DNA of 64,000 nt from Myxococcota bacterium. GTDB lineage: Bacteria > Myxococcota_A > SURF-8. The stretch covers positions 1,920,001 to 1,984,000 of the forward strand of contig OZ223209.1 in the NCBI GenBank assembly GCA_965140415.1, read 5' to 3'. A model generated the notes under the pieces. It was not told the origin of the DNA. It made no database searches and saw nothing but the letters and a program-made list of their open reading frames with translations. Positions 49,684 through 58,559 of this stretch are shown piece by piece. Within the stretch, counting starts at the first letter, position 1, and each line of letters opens with the position of its first letter. The position numbers were made by a program, and so were the translations under genes.

Positions 49684-50601
49684 TTACTTGTCGTCCGGAT
49701 CGGAACCTGCGTTACGCTTCTTCCGGTTGCTCAGCCACATCACTCCCGCCAGGCTCCCGTAAAAAGCCAGCGGAATGGCGCCATAGTTGAAGATGCCGTG
49801 CTGGATGGATTCAGACAGCCTCGGTGGGGCGGTTTCTGGCAGCTTGGGAAGATCCAATTCTTGTGGATTGCGACCCGTAAGGTACAACCAACTCGTACCG
49901 CCGACTTCTTTTTCTCCGTAGATATGATCGACATACCGATCGGGTTGCGTTTTTATTCTGCTACGCCCCAGTTCAAGCAACTCTGAACGTTTGCCGAATA
50001 CAATGGCTTCCATCGGACAGGCTGCCGCGCAGGCAGGGGAAGCACCTGTTTTCTTTTGTTCGTCCACGCAAAACGTGCACTTCATCACTTTGGGTGTAAT
50101 GGGGTCGCTGTATTGATAAGCGGGAATTTCAAAGGGGCAGGCCACCATGCAGTATCTACAGCCGATGCATTTATCGGCATCATAGGAAACGGGACCGCTT
50201 TCGGACTTGGTCAACGCTCCCACGATACAGGCGGATACGCAGGCCGGATCGAGGCAGTGCATGCATTGAACCTTGATGTTCGTCTGCTCCCGATCTTTCT
50301 GCACCGGAGATGGATTGCCGGGATAGCTGTTGATCACCGTAAACCGGGTGGCATCCGGGCGGCGACGCTCGCGCAGAACCCACAGATCGTCGAACGGTTT
50401 TTCCGGCAGCGGCAGACTATTGGACCGGTTACAGGCTTCTTCACATTTCCGGCAACCGATGCATTTCGTGGTGTCCACCAGACACCCAACTTGATCGTCA
50501 TTTTGCGGCAAGGCTTCTTTCGCCCTAGCCTGCTTTTGAGGCACACATGACGCTGCGGTAATGGCGGCCACTTTCAAAAAGGTTCTTCTGTTCACGCCCA
50601 T
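49684..50601 (-). CDS. HybA/HmcB-like Tat-exported 4x[4Fe-4S] protein
   Basis: NRRTFLK Tat signal; CIGCRKCEEAC, CMHC..PACVSAC, CIGCRYCMVACP, KCTFC..PACAAACP; YGEKEVGGT; C-terminal TM. Confidence 0.9.
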   Translation of the reverse strand: MGVNRRTFLKVAAITAASCVPQKQARAKEALPQNDDQVGCLVDTTKCIGCRKCEEACNRSNSLPLPEKPFDDLWVLRERRRPDATRFTVINSYPGNPSPVQKDREQTNIKVQCMHCLDPACVSACIVGALTKSESGPVSYDADKCIGCRYCMVACPFEIPAYQYSDPITPKVMKCTFCVDEQKKTGASPACAAACPMEAIVFGKRSELLELGRSRIKTQPDRYVDHIYGEKEVGGTSWLYLTGRNPQELDLPKLPETAPPRLSESIQHGIFNYGAIPLAFYGSLAGVMWLSNRKKRNAGSDPDDK

Positions 50602-50639
50602 GACAATTTCTCCGTGTGTTTCCCGCTTTGTGTTGCTAA

Positions 50640-50993
50640 TCAGTCGGACAGAACCTGACTCTTGCTTACAAGCTGTTCTAATAATCCTTCTCGAATTTTC
50701 AGGCAGCCATGGATGAATTTGTCGTTTGCAATTCGGTAATAAATGGCCTTTCCCTCGCGACGGTATGTCACTGCGCCACGGTCGTACATCATCCGAAGGT
50801 GCTGAGAGGCATTCGACAACGTCAACCCCAGTTCCTCTGCAAGTTCGCTAACCGAGCGTTCTCCGTTTTGAAGAACCCACATGATGCGGAGTCGTTTCGG
50901 TTCACTGAAAACCTTACAGAATTCGGCATGCAAATCGAAGATATCTCGAGCAATTGGCTTTTGCTGTGTTTTACGACCACTCATGCTAATCAT
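50640..50993 (-). CDS. ArsR/SmtB family transcriptional regulator
   Basis: KVFSEPKRLRI, ERSVSELAE, SNASQHL, RREGKAIYYRI. Start may be 50984. Confidence 0.92.
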   Translation of the reverse strand: MISMSGRKTQQKPIARDIFDLHAEFCKVFSEPKRLRIMWVLQNGERSVSELAEELGLTLSNASQHLRMMYDRGAVTYRREGKAIYYRIANDKFIHGCLKIREGLLEQLVSKSQVLSD

Positions 50994-51028
50994 CCTTTCC
51001 CTGGGGAATAGTCAGCAATAACAATCAA

Positions 51029-51057
51029 ACAATCGCACAATCATGCGAATGTGTCAA
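51029..51057 (-). promoter_or_regulatory. Promoter with overlapping inverted repeat, candidate ArsR operator
   Basis: Minus strand TTGACA at 51057-51052; plus strand ACAATCGCA-CAATCA-TGCGAATGT (9-6-9, one mismatch) covers the spacer and a weak -10. Confidence 0.55.
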
Positions 51058-51220
51058 TGAGAATTTTAGGTTCCTGCAAGGGATTATAAAACATGTAGAA
51101 TATTCATGAGATACGTCGAGGAGTTCTGGAGCCGATCCGGATCAAAAAGAATCTTTTGCTGCCGGGTAGGTCGATTGATCTCACCCGACGTTGCATTGAA
51201 TTGTCGGGTCAGATGTCCCG

Positions 51221-51270
51221 ACCTGCTACTACCGGCCACAACAAACCACAACTATCTACAACCGCCCACA
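51221..51270 (+). repeat. Five phased 10-bp degenerate direct repeats (ACnnnCYACW)
   Basis: ACCTGCTACT ACCGGCCACA ACAAACCACA ACTATCTACA ACCGCCCACA. Confidence 0.75.
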
Positions 51271-51376
51271 AGCAACCGGTGACACACAGTAAAAAACCGG
51301 AATTTTCCAGGCAAATGCGCAAACGGGACTGTCGGCCAGTCTTGAGCCGTGTTTTTACGGGCGATACTACAATCCA

Positions 51377-51436
51377 AGTGGTCGTCTACGGTCAGGTAGT
51401 GTTGTTTTGGTGCGCTTTGTGCCACTTAGTGTAACA
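51377..51436 (-). repeat. Second, oppositely oriented 10-bp-phased degenerate array
   Basis: Reverse complement reads TGTTACACTA AGTGGCACAA AGCGCACCAA AACAACACTA CCTGACCGTA GACGACCACT. Confidence 0.5.
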
Positions 51437-51718
51437 GTTTCTGGATTTGTCACCTTGTGGCACCCCGGTTTTACACGACGTGGCGGCACTTTTCAAAATT
51501 GCCAGTCGGACAGACGACAAAGAAAGTCCGAAAGAAAATGTAAGATGATTTCCAGCATTTACGGCCTAGGGTCTGATCATTGCTCGGATTTGTAAGAAAA
51601 AATTATTTTTCTTGAATATTTGTGCGAATGAATGATCAAATGGGATGCGAACAGAGCTGGTGGCTCTGACATACAAGGTATAAAGTCCAATTTTACGATA
51701 AGGGAGGGAAGGTTCAAA

Positions 51719-54700
51719 ATGAGAAAGCAACAACATACCCCGTTTGTATGGATACTCTTTCTGGCAGCGGCATTACTGGTGGCCGCCTGTGGCGGTTCTT
51801 CCGATACGGTGAGTACGGATGGAGATCTGAGCGGAGACGAGGATAGTCCCGGTGAGAATCCGGTCGATGGCGATCTGGATGGGGATTGGCCCAGCGATGG
51901 TGACGAGGACGGCCCCATACCGATTGATGGCGATATGCCGGTGGATGGCGATGTCGATGGGGATACGGATGGAGATACGCCGGCGGATGGCGATACCCCG
52001 GATTGCCAGGAAAACGACGTGCGCACACTGGAAAACGTGTGTGGCTTGAATGGTCGCGGCGATCAGGATCAGGTCTGTACGGGTGGAGCCTGGATCGATG
52101 ATGGCGATTGCGACGACCCGGATGAATGCGTAGACGATGCGACCCAGGCTAGTCAAACGGCTTGCGGCGTGTTTGACACGGGATTCATTTCCCTGCTTTG
52201 CGTTACCGGACAATGGCAGGATAACGGATGCGATGATCCGGCGAGTTTCACGATGGTTAAGGATATCGTAACGGGGTCGATCGATGTGGAACATAATCCG
52301 CAGAGCTTCGTTGCTGTCGGTACAACCGTATTTTACGCAGGACATGGTGTGAAAAACGGATCGGAATTGTGGAAAACGGATGGCACGGATGAAGGAACGG
52401 TGCTGGTAAAAGATATCAACGCAGGACCGGATTCTTCCTATCCTGCCTATTTAGTGGCATATGGTGATCTATTAGCCTTTGTGGCTATGGATAATACCAC
52501 TGGAAACGAGTTGTGGATTTCCGATGGAACAGCACAAGGCACGTTGCGTATGACCGATATCAGTCCCGGAAACTACAGCTCGGAATTCCGCTTTAATGAA
52601 ACGACGATTTATAACGACTACCTGTACTTCCTGGTTCGAAAGATCGATGAGGCTCCCAGCAAAACGACGCTTGAAGCGACAGTCGAGCTATGGCGCACCG
52701 ATGGAACCGTGGAAGGTACGGAAAAGGTGGTGGATATCGGCACCAAGATCGATGATGTTGCCGTCTACGACATGAAACGCATGGGTGACACGTTTTATAT
52801 CCTCGTAGGATTGAGCGGCGATAGCGAACTGTGGAAGTCGGACGGCACCAACCCTGGCACGGAAATGGTGATGGATTTCGGCCAGATCTATATCTATCAA
52901 CGCGAGTTGGCGATCGCCGGTAACAAGCTTTACTTTTCCGCCGGCGCTCCGAATGTGGGTCAGGAATTGTGGGTGTCGGATGGCACCTCCGTAGGAACCG
53001 ATGTCGTCAAGGATATCAATCCGGGTTCTGCTTCCTCCGGTCCGCGCTACTTCACGGTTTTCGGAGATTATCTCATCTTTTCCGCCTTGGGTCCGAATGG
53101 TACGGAATTGTATTTCAGCAACGGCACCGCTGTCGGAACCTATCTGATCAAGGATATCAACCCAAGCGGCAGTTCGAACCCTACTAATTTGATGAGAATG
53201 GGAGGGAATATCTATTTCCGTGCGGTCGGTGAAGCCGGTGATTACGAGTTATGGAAAACGAACGGCAATGAAGCTGGAACGAGCTTGGTGAAAGACATTG
53301 AAGTTGGTTCCGGTTCCGGCAATCCAAGCGGTCTGGTCAACGTCAATGGTACACTGTATTTCTCCGCCCATACAAGTGAATATGGTGAGGAATTGTGGAA
53401 GAGCGATGGCACCTCCAGCGGAACGGTGCGTTTGACCGATCTGGTGCAAGGCACGGGTAGTGGGTCGCCTTACAGCTTGAGAGATTGCGGAGGGACGCTC
53501 TTTTTCTCGGGTTTCAAAGGGAACAACCGCCGGGTGTATCTTAGTGACGGCACTGCCGCCGGGACGCGTGCGCTGGAACCTTCTTTCGGTGGCATCCAAA
53601 ATGGGGAATCCAATCCCATATTGGATGCGGTTTCGGGCGACAAGCTGTTTTTCCGCGCACAGACACCGGAAACCGGGCGCGAATTGTGGGTCAGCGATGG
53701 TACGTCGGACGGTACACAGCTAACCAAGGAAATTCGCGCAGGCAACATAAGTGCGGATATCAAATACATTACGCCTTTCGCCGGTGGCGTGATTTTCCAG
53801 GCAACCACGGAAAGCGAAGGTGCTGAACCCTGGTTTAGTGATGGAACTGAGAACGGAACCGTTCTTCTGGGGGATCTCAAGCCGGGCAGCGAAAACAGTT
53901 CCCCAGCATACTATTTTGTTATGGGAGATACCTGCTATTTCAGTGCCGATGATGGTGTGCATGGTCGTGAAATGTGGATGACCGATGGCACTCCCGCCGG
54001 AACGCAACTGTTTGGTGATTTATATCCTGGTTCCAATGGTTCAGGACCATCTGACATGCAGGAATTCGACGGGAAGCTCTTCTTCTCTGCCAGCGATTCG
54101 GTGAACGGGAATGAATTGTGGGCAAGTGCAGGAACCGTTGCCACTACAGGATTGTTCAAGGATGTCGATGCTTCCGGCAGTTCCTACCCAGGAGTGAAGG
54201 TTGTTGCAGGCGATGTGATGTATTTTTCCGCCACCGTGTCTACCGTAGGCACCGAGTTGTTCAAAACCGACGGTACTCCTGCCGGAACGGTCATTGTGAA
54301 GGACATCAACCCCACAAGCTCGGGTGATCCCAGTTCGCTTACCGCCTTTGGCGATCTGGTGCTTTTCTCCGCTACCGATGGCGAGCATGGGCATGAAATC
54401 TGGGTCAGCGACGGCACCGGGCTGGGAACGGTGATGCTGGCGGATATCAACGAAGGGGATTACAGCAGCTATCCCACGATGTGGGGTGAATACAATGGTG
54501 AATTTTATTTTTCCGCCACCAGTAATGTCTATGGGCGTGAATTGTGGAAGACCGACGGCACACCGAGTGGAACCGTGCGCGTAACGGACATGTGGCCCGG
54601 TGTGGGCAGCGGGCGTGTGTATTCGGTCGCGGTTTATGAGGGCTGGTTGTTGTTTACCGCCAATGCGCCGGAGTATGGGCAGGAATTGTGGGCCACCGAT

Positions 54701-54853
54701 GGAACGGCGGATGGCATCTGGCTGGTGGCGGATATTGCCGCCGGAGCGGGTTCATCAGATCCGTGGTATCTGCTTCCCTTTGATGACGGGCTGTTCTTCA
54801 ACGCCAACGACGGTATTCATGGCATGGAGTTGTGGCGGGTGGATGCTCGGTAA
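51719..54853 (+). CDS. ELWxxDGT-repeat lipoprotein with DGD linker
   Basis: AGGGAGG RBS, lipobox VAA-C, about 8 DGD units, Cys module, 18 ELWxxDGT-type repeats counted. Confidence 0.9.
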   Translation: MRKQQHTPFVWILFLAAALLVAACGGSSDTVSTDGDLSGDEDSPGENPVDGDLDGDWPSDGDEDGPIPIDGDMPVDGDVDGDTDGDTPADGDTPDCQENDVRTLENVCGLNGRGDQDQVCTGGAWIDDGDCDDPDECVDDATQASQTACGVFDTGFISLLCVTGQWQDNGCDDPASFTMVKDIVTGSIDVEHNPQSFVAVGTTVFYAGHGVKNGSELWKTDGTDEGTVLVKDINAGPDSSYPAYLVAYGDLLAFVAMDNTTGNELWISDGTAQGTLRMTDISPGNYSSEFRFNETTIYNDYLYFLVRKIDEAPSKTTLEATVELWRTDGTVEGTEKVVDIGTKIDDVAVYDMKRMGDTFYILVGLSGDSELWKSDGTNPGTEMVMDFGQIYIYQRELAIAGNKLYFSAGAPNVGQELWVSDGTSVGTDVVKDINPGSASSGPRYFTVFGDYLIFSALGPNGTELYFSNGTAVGTYLIKDINPSGSSNPTNLMRMGGNIYFRAVGEAGDYELWKTNGNEAGTSLVKDIEVGSGSGNPSGLVNVNGTLYFSAHTSEYGEELWKSDGTSSGTVRLTDLVQGTGSGSPYSLRDCGGTLFFSGFKGNNRRVYLSDGTAAGTRALEPSFGGIQNGESNPILDAVSGDKLFFRAQTPETGRELWVSDGTSDGTQLTKEIRAGNISADIKYITPFAGGVIFQATTESEGAEPWFSDGTENGTVLLGDLKPGSENSSPAYYFVMGDTCYFSADDGVHGREMWMTDGTPAGTQLFGDLYPGSNGSGPSDMQEFDGKLFFSASDSVNGNELWASAGTVATTGLFKDVDASGSSYPGVKVVAGDVMYFSATVSTVGTELFKTDGTPAGTVIVKDINPTSSGDPSSLTAFGDLVLFSATDGEHGHEIWVSDGTGLGTVMLADINEGDYSSYPTMWGEYNGEFYFSATSNVYGRELWKTDGTPSGTVRVTDMWPGVGSGRVYSVAVYEGWLLFTANAPEYGQELWATDGTADGIWLVADIAAGAGSSDPWYLLPFDDGLFFNANDGIHGMELWRVDAR

Positions 54854-55134
54854 TCACTAGAACTTCCGTGCTTTTCCGGGGCAGGATTCTTTTCTGCCCC
54901 ATTGATCTACGATCCATTCTGGTCGTGAGTATCCGAGTTTGGATATTCACGGCCTTTTCATTTCCCAGGGAATCATGTCTTCTGGTGTTTCTCTGGTTAT
55001 TGAATTTTGCGTGGCTGATATCATTGCCTGCAAAGGCAGGTTGTCAAAATGGTTTAACGAATTCGATTGATTATCTTCCTGTGAGGGAAATGATATCGCG
55101 ATTGGTATAGATAACATCAATTAAAAAACTGCTA

Positions 55135-58047
55135 CTATACATCCGCCTCGTTTGAATCAGGTGAATCCAGCACTTCGCGCACTGTTTGAAGCAGAATTTC
55201 AGCAGTGAAGGGTTTGGGGATGAAATGCGTTCCCTTTTCCAGCACTTCGCGCAGGGATGAAACGTTTTCCGTATAACCGGACATGAAGATGACTTTTAGA
55301 TCGGGTAGTATCGGCTCGATGCTTTCGTACATGGCCAGACCGCTCTTGCCCGGTAAGACGACATCGGATAACAGCAAATCGATTTCCCCTTGGTGCGCAT
55401 GGCAGAGCTTCAGTGCTTCATCGCAGTTTTCCGCCTGCAACACCTGGTAGCCGTAGGAATTCAGCACTTTCTTTGTCAGGTTGCGTACGATTTCTTCATC
55501 TTCAACCAGCAAAATGGTTTCGTTTCCCTTGGGCAACTCCGATTGTTTTGCCACAGGGCGAACTTGTTCGGGGCTATCTTCCACCATTGGGAAGTAGGCT
55601 TTAAAGGTTGTTCCCTTTCCAAGAGTGGAATCGACTGTAATAAAGCCCTGGTTCTGCTTCATGATGCCGTAGACGGTGGAGAGTCCCAGGCCGGTGCCGC
55701 TGCCTTTGGGTTTGGTGGTGAAGAACGGCTCGAACAGATGTTCCAGAATATCGCTGTCGATGCCGCTGCCGGTATCGGTTACGGAGAGAAGAATGTAGTC
55801 TCCCTCATAGGCGTCGCTGCTGTCTTGCAGGTCTTTCTCGGTGATTTCCACCGCCTTGGTTTTAATGATCAGTTTTCCGCCTTGCGGCATGGCATCTCTG
55901 GCATTGACGGCAAGATTCAACAGTACCTGCTCGATCTGGCCGGGATCGATTCTTACTCGGCCAAGGGATTGGCCGGGCACGAACATGTAGGTAATGTCTT
56001 CACCGATCAGGCGCATCAGCATGGAGCTGGATTCATAAATCAGGTTGTTGATATCGACGACTTTGGGATTGATGATCTGCTTTCGTGAGAATGCAAGCAG
56101 TTGCGAGGTCAGCGCCGCTGCGCGCTCGGCGGCTTTTCTGATTTCAAGGGTATCTTCATAATCGGGACTCTCTTCTGGGAGTGAGGAAAGCAGCATTTCC
56201 GAATAACCGATGATGCCCGTTAGAATATTGTTGAAATCGTGCGCAACGCCACCGGCAAGCCTGCCAATGGCTTCGAGACGTTGCGAGTGCTGCAATTGAT
56301 CGACCAGCTTGATACGCTCTTCCTCGGTTTGCTTGTATTCCGTGATGTCTTCGGAAATCGAGAGCAGGTATTGAGGCTTTCCCTCGTTATCAAGTATCGG
56401 AAGCTTCTTGGTATGGAGAATACGCTCCCCTTTGTTGTCGGATTGGATTTGTTCTTCCTGAATATCGACCAATTCGTTGTTGGTTAAAATCAGGGTTTCT
56501 TGTTGGCTCAAGCGATTCGCCACATCTTCCGGGTAGATGTCGTAGTCGCTTTTTCCGATCAGATCTTCTCGCGACGTTCCAAGAAGCTGCTCTCCTGCTT
56601 TGTTGAAGCGGACATAGTGCAGGCTCTTGGCGTCTTTTACGACGATCATATTCGGAATGTTTTCGATGATGTCATTCAGGAATTTCTCGCTTTTGTGGAG
56701 ACCTTCCATCGTTTCTCGAAGTCTTTCCGTCATGATGTTGAAGGAGGTGGCCAAACTGCCGATTTCGTCTTTTGAATCGATCTCTACGGTTTGATCCAGG
56801 TTCCCTTCGATAATGGTTTCCACGAACTCCTGCATTTCGTGGACGGGTTTTGCGATGCTTCTTGCGATCAGGACGCCGATAAACCCCATGAACAAGATGA
56901 TGACGACACCGGCCAGCATCATGACGTTCATCATGCGATGCCGACCATTGGTAAGAACGGCGCGGAAGGTTTGAATTTCGTCTTCATAGACACTGGCGGC
57001 AATGACCCAATCCCAGGGTTCGAAATAGGCAAAGCGTGCGACCTTTTTACGAGATTCCTTTTCCCCCTTGTTGCGCCAACGATAATGAGCGGTAGCCATT
57101 TCACCGGATTTGAGCGATGTGGCAAGGTCGATGATTTTTCGAATGCTGTCGCTCATATCTTTGTCGGGAAGCTCAAACAGATTTTCCCCGTCTCGTTCTC
57201 CGTTTTTGGAGATGATGTAATGTCCTTTTCTGGCTCCCTTTCCGGCAAGGATGTACACATAGCCGGTTTTACCGATTTCCGTTTGTAGAATGGCCGGTCG
57301 GATGCGCGCTTCCACGATTTGCTGTTTAACTCCGACATAGAGCATACCAACCAGTTTTCCGGTATGGTCTCTGAGTGGTTCGTAGGCGGTTAAATACCAG
57401 GCATTCACGACATAGGCGCGGCCATGGTAGGTTTCGTTTCTGAGAATCGTGGAAACCACGGGATTCGGTGTTCCATCCGGATTGATTGCCGGAATGAAGG
57501 TTCCGATTGCGCGTTTGCCATCGACGCTTTGAACATTGGTGGCGATGCGCAACATGTCGCCTTGCTCGTTGATCCGCTGAAATATGGTTGCGGTTTCACC
57601 AACCAGAGACGTGATGTCGTCGATAATATCCGTTTTTACGCTTAAATCCGTATTCTGTCCCAACCAGCGATTTCCAAACAACATTTTGGGAAGCCGAATC
57701 GGTTTCGATTGTTTGGTGTACTGATTGACGGCGTTCCACATTACCGTTTCTTTGGAGAGATGAACTTTTCCGGCGTTCTGTTGCAGATGATGGGCGACTT
57801 TCAGGTTGTAATCGACCTGCTGCTGAACGACTTCGTTTTCCACCTCTACAAGGTGGTAAACGCCGTTGGTGATGTGGTCCAGATCGGAGCTGACCAGTTC
57901 TTCCACTTCATGTTGTGCAAGTCGATTGTATAATCCGCTCTGCCAGGTGGCCAGCACCAGCAAAGCCGTGGCTGTAATCAACACGCTGATTGCGCCTAGC
58001 AGGGATACCTTGATGCTTAATCTGAGATTTTTGATAAATGTAATCAT
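55135..58047 (-). CDS. Hybrid sensor histidine kinase (Cache3/Cache2, HAMP, PAS, HisKA, HATPase, REC)
   Basis: TATIFQR..RIATNV..RAIGT (Cache_3), DEIGSLA (HAMP), AHDFNN, NARDAM, FFTTK..GTGLGL, ILLVEDE..SDVVLP..KPF. Confidence 0.95.
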   Translation of the reverse strand: MITFIKNLRLSIKVSLLGAISVLITATALLVLATWQSGLYNRLAQHEVEELVSSDLDHITNGVYHLVEVENEVVQQQVDYNLKVAHHLQQNAGKVHLSKETVMWNAVNQYTKQSKPIRLPKMLFGNRWLGQNTDLSVKTDIIDDITSLVGETATIFQRINEQGDMLRIATNVQSVDGKRAIGTFIPAINPDGTPNPVVSTILRNETYHGRAYVVNAWYLTAYEPLRDHTGKLVGMLYVGVKQQIVEARIRPAILQTEIGKTGYVYILAGKGARKGHYIISKNGERDGENLFELPDKDMSDSIRKIIDLATSLKSGEMATAHYRWRNKGEKESRKKVARFAYFEPWDWVIAASVYEDEIQTFRAVLTNGRHRMMNVMMLAGVVIILFMGFIGVLIARSIAKPVHEMQEFVETIIEGNLDQTVEIDSKDEIGSLATSFNIMTERLRETMEGLHKSEKFLNDIIENIPNMIVVKDAKSLHYVRFNKAGEQLLGTSREDLIGKSDYDIYPEDVANRLSQQETLILTNNELVDIQEEQIQSDNKGERILHTKKLPILDNEGKPQYLLSISEDITEYKQTEEERIKLVDQLQHSQRLEAIGRLAGGVAHDFNNILTGIIGYSEMLLSSLPEESPDYEDTLEIRKAAERAAALTSQLLAFSRKQIINPKVVDINNLIYESSSMLMRLIGEDITYMFVPGQSLGRVRIDPGQIEQVLLNLAVNARDAMPQGGKLIIKTKAVEITEKDLQDSSDAYEGDYILLSVTDTGSGIDSDILEHLFEPFFTTKPKGSGTGLGLSTVYGIMKQNQGFITVDSTLGKGTTFKAYFPMVEDSPEQVRPVAKQSELPKGNETILLVEDEEIVRNLTKKVLNSYGYQVLQAENCDEALKLCHAHQGEIDLLLSDVVLPGKSGLAMYESIEPILPDLKVIFMSGYTENVSSLREVLEKGTHFIPKPFTAEILLQTVREVLDSPDSNEADV

Positions 58048-58559
58048 GCCGCCCCTGAGCCTGAACTGGCGAACGGAACCGGACCGATTCCCAAGTGTCG
58101 CTTATGCAGAGCAGAACCTCTGGTTACAACAAACGATAGAAAAACTCCCCAATGTCACTACACCTTCCCTCCCTCCAATAATACAACGATTTTCTCTTTT
58201 CGTACATGGAATTAAGGGATTTCCTGACATTAATTAAACTGATGATCGTGTTGGGGCTCAATTATTCAAAAATCATAAATATCCATTATGTAGGAGAATT
58301 ACACGTAATCAAGTCGTCGGGCAAAGTCTTTTAACGCAGTGTTCGGATGCGTGCACAGCAATTTAAATGAGTATGGAAAGTGTGTTAAATATAAGATATT
58401 ACTAAAGAAGCATATTGTGTGGTATCCTGTTTTGGGAAATCCAAGGAAATCTCTTTCCTAATATTAAAACCTGACATATGATGGATATATATTCATATAC
58501 GGGGTGGAGGGGATGGGAGTACGTTGCATCCTCTTTTTTTGCCCGATGGGGACGAAACA

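Noticed and set aside
46423-50601. [NiFe]-hydrogenase-2 (hybAB) operon call
   Set aside because: No hydrogenase large or small subunit or maturation genes in the window; the partner is a multiheme cytochrome.
51221-51436. CRISPR array
   Set aside because: Units are 10 bp, degenerate and contiguous, with no spacers and no cas genes.
51156-51595. Small ORFs in the arsR/ELWxxDGT intergenic region
   Set aside because: Non-ATG starts, no RBS, and composition driven by the DNA repeats.
54878-54900. Hairpin GGGGCAG/CTGCCCC after the ELWxxDGT gene as a terminator
   Set aside because: The stem is present but no U tract follows on either strand, so it is left uncalled.
58418-58437. Sigma54 promoter for gltB
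   Set aside because: TGGTAT is present but the conserved GC at -12 is missing.
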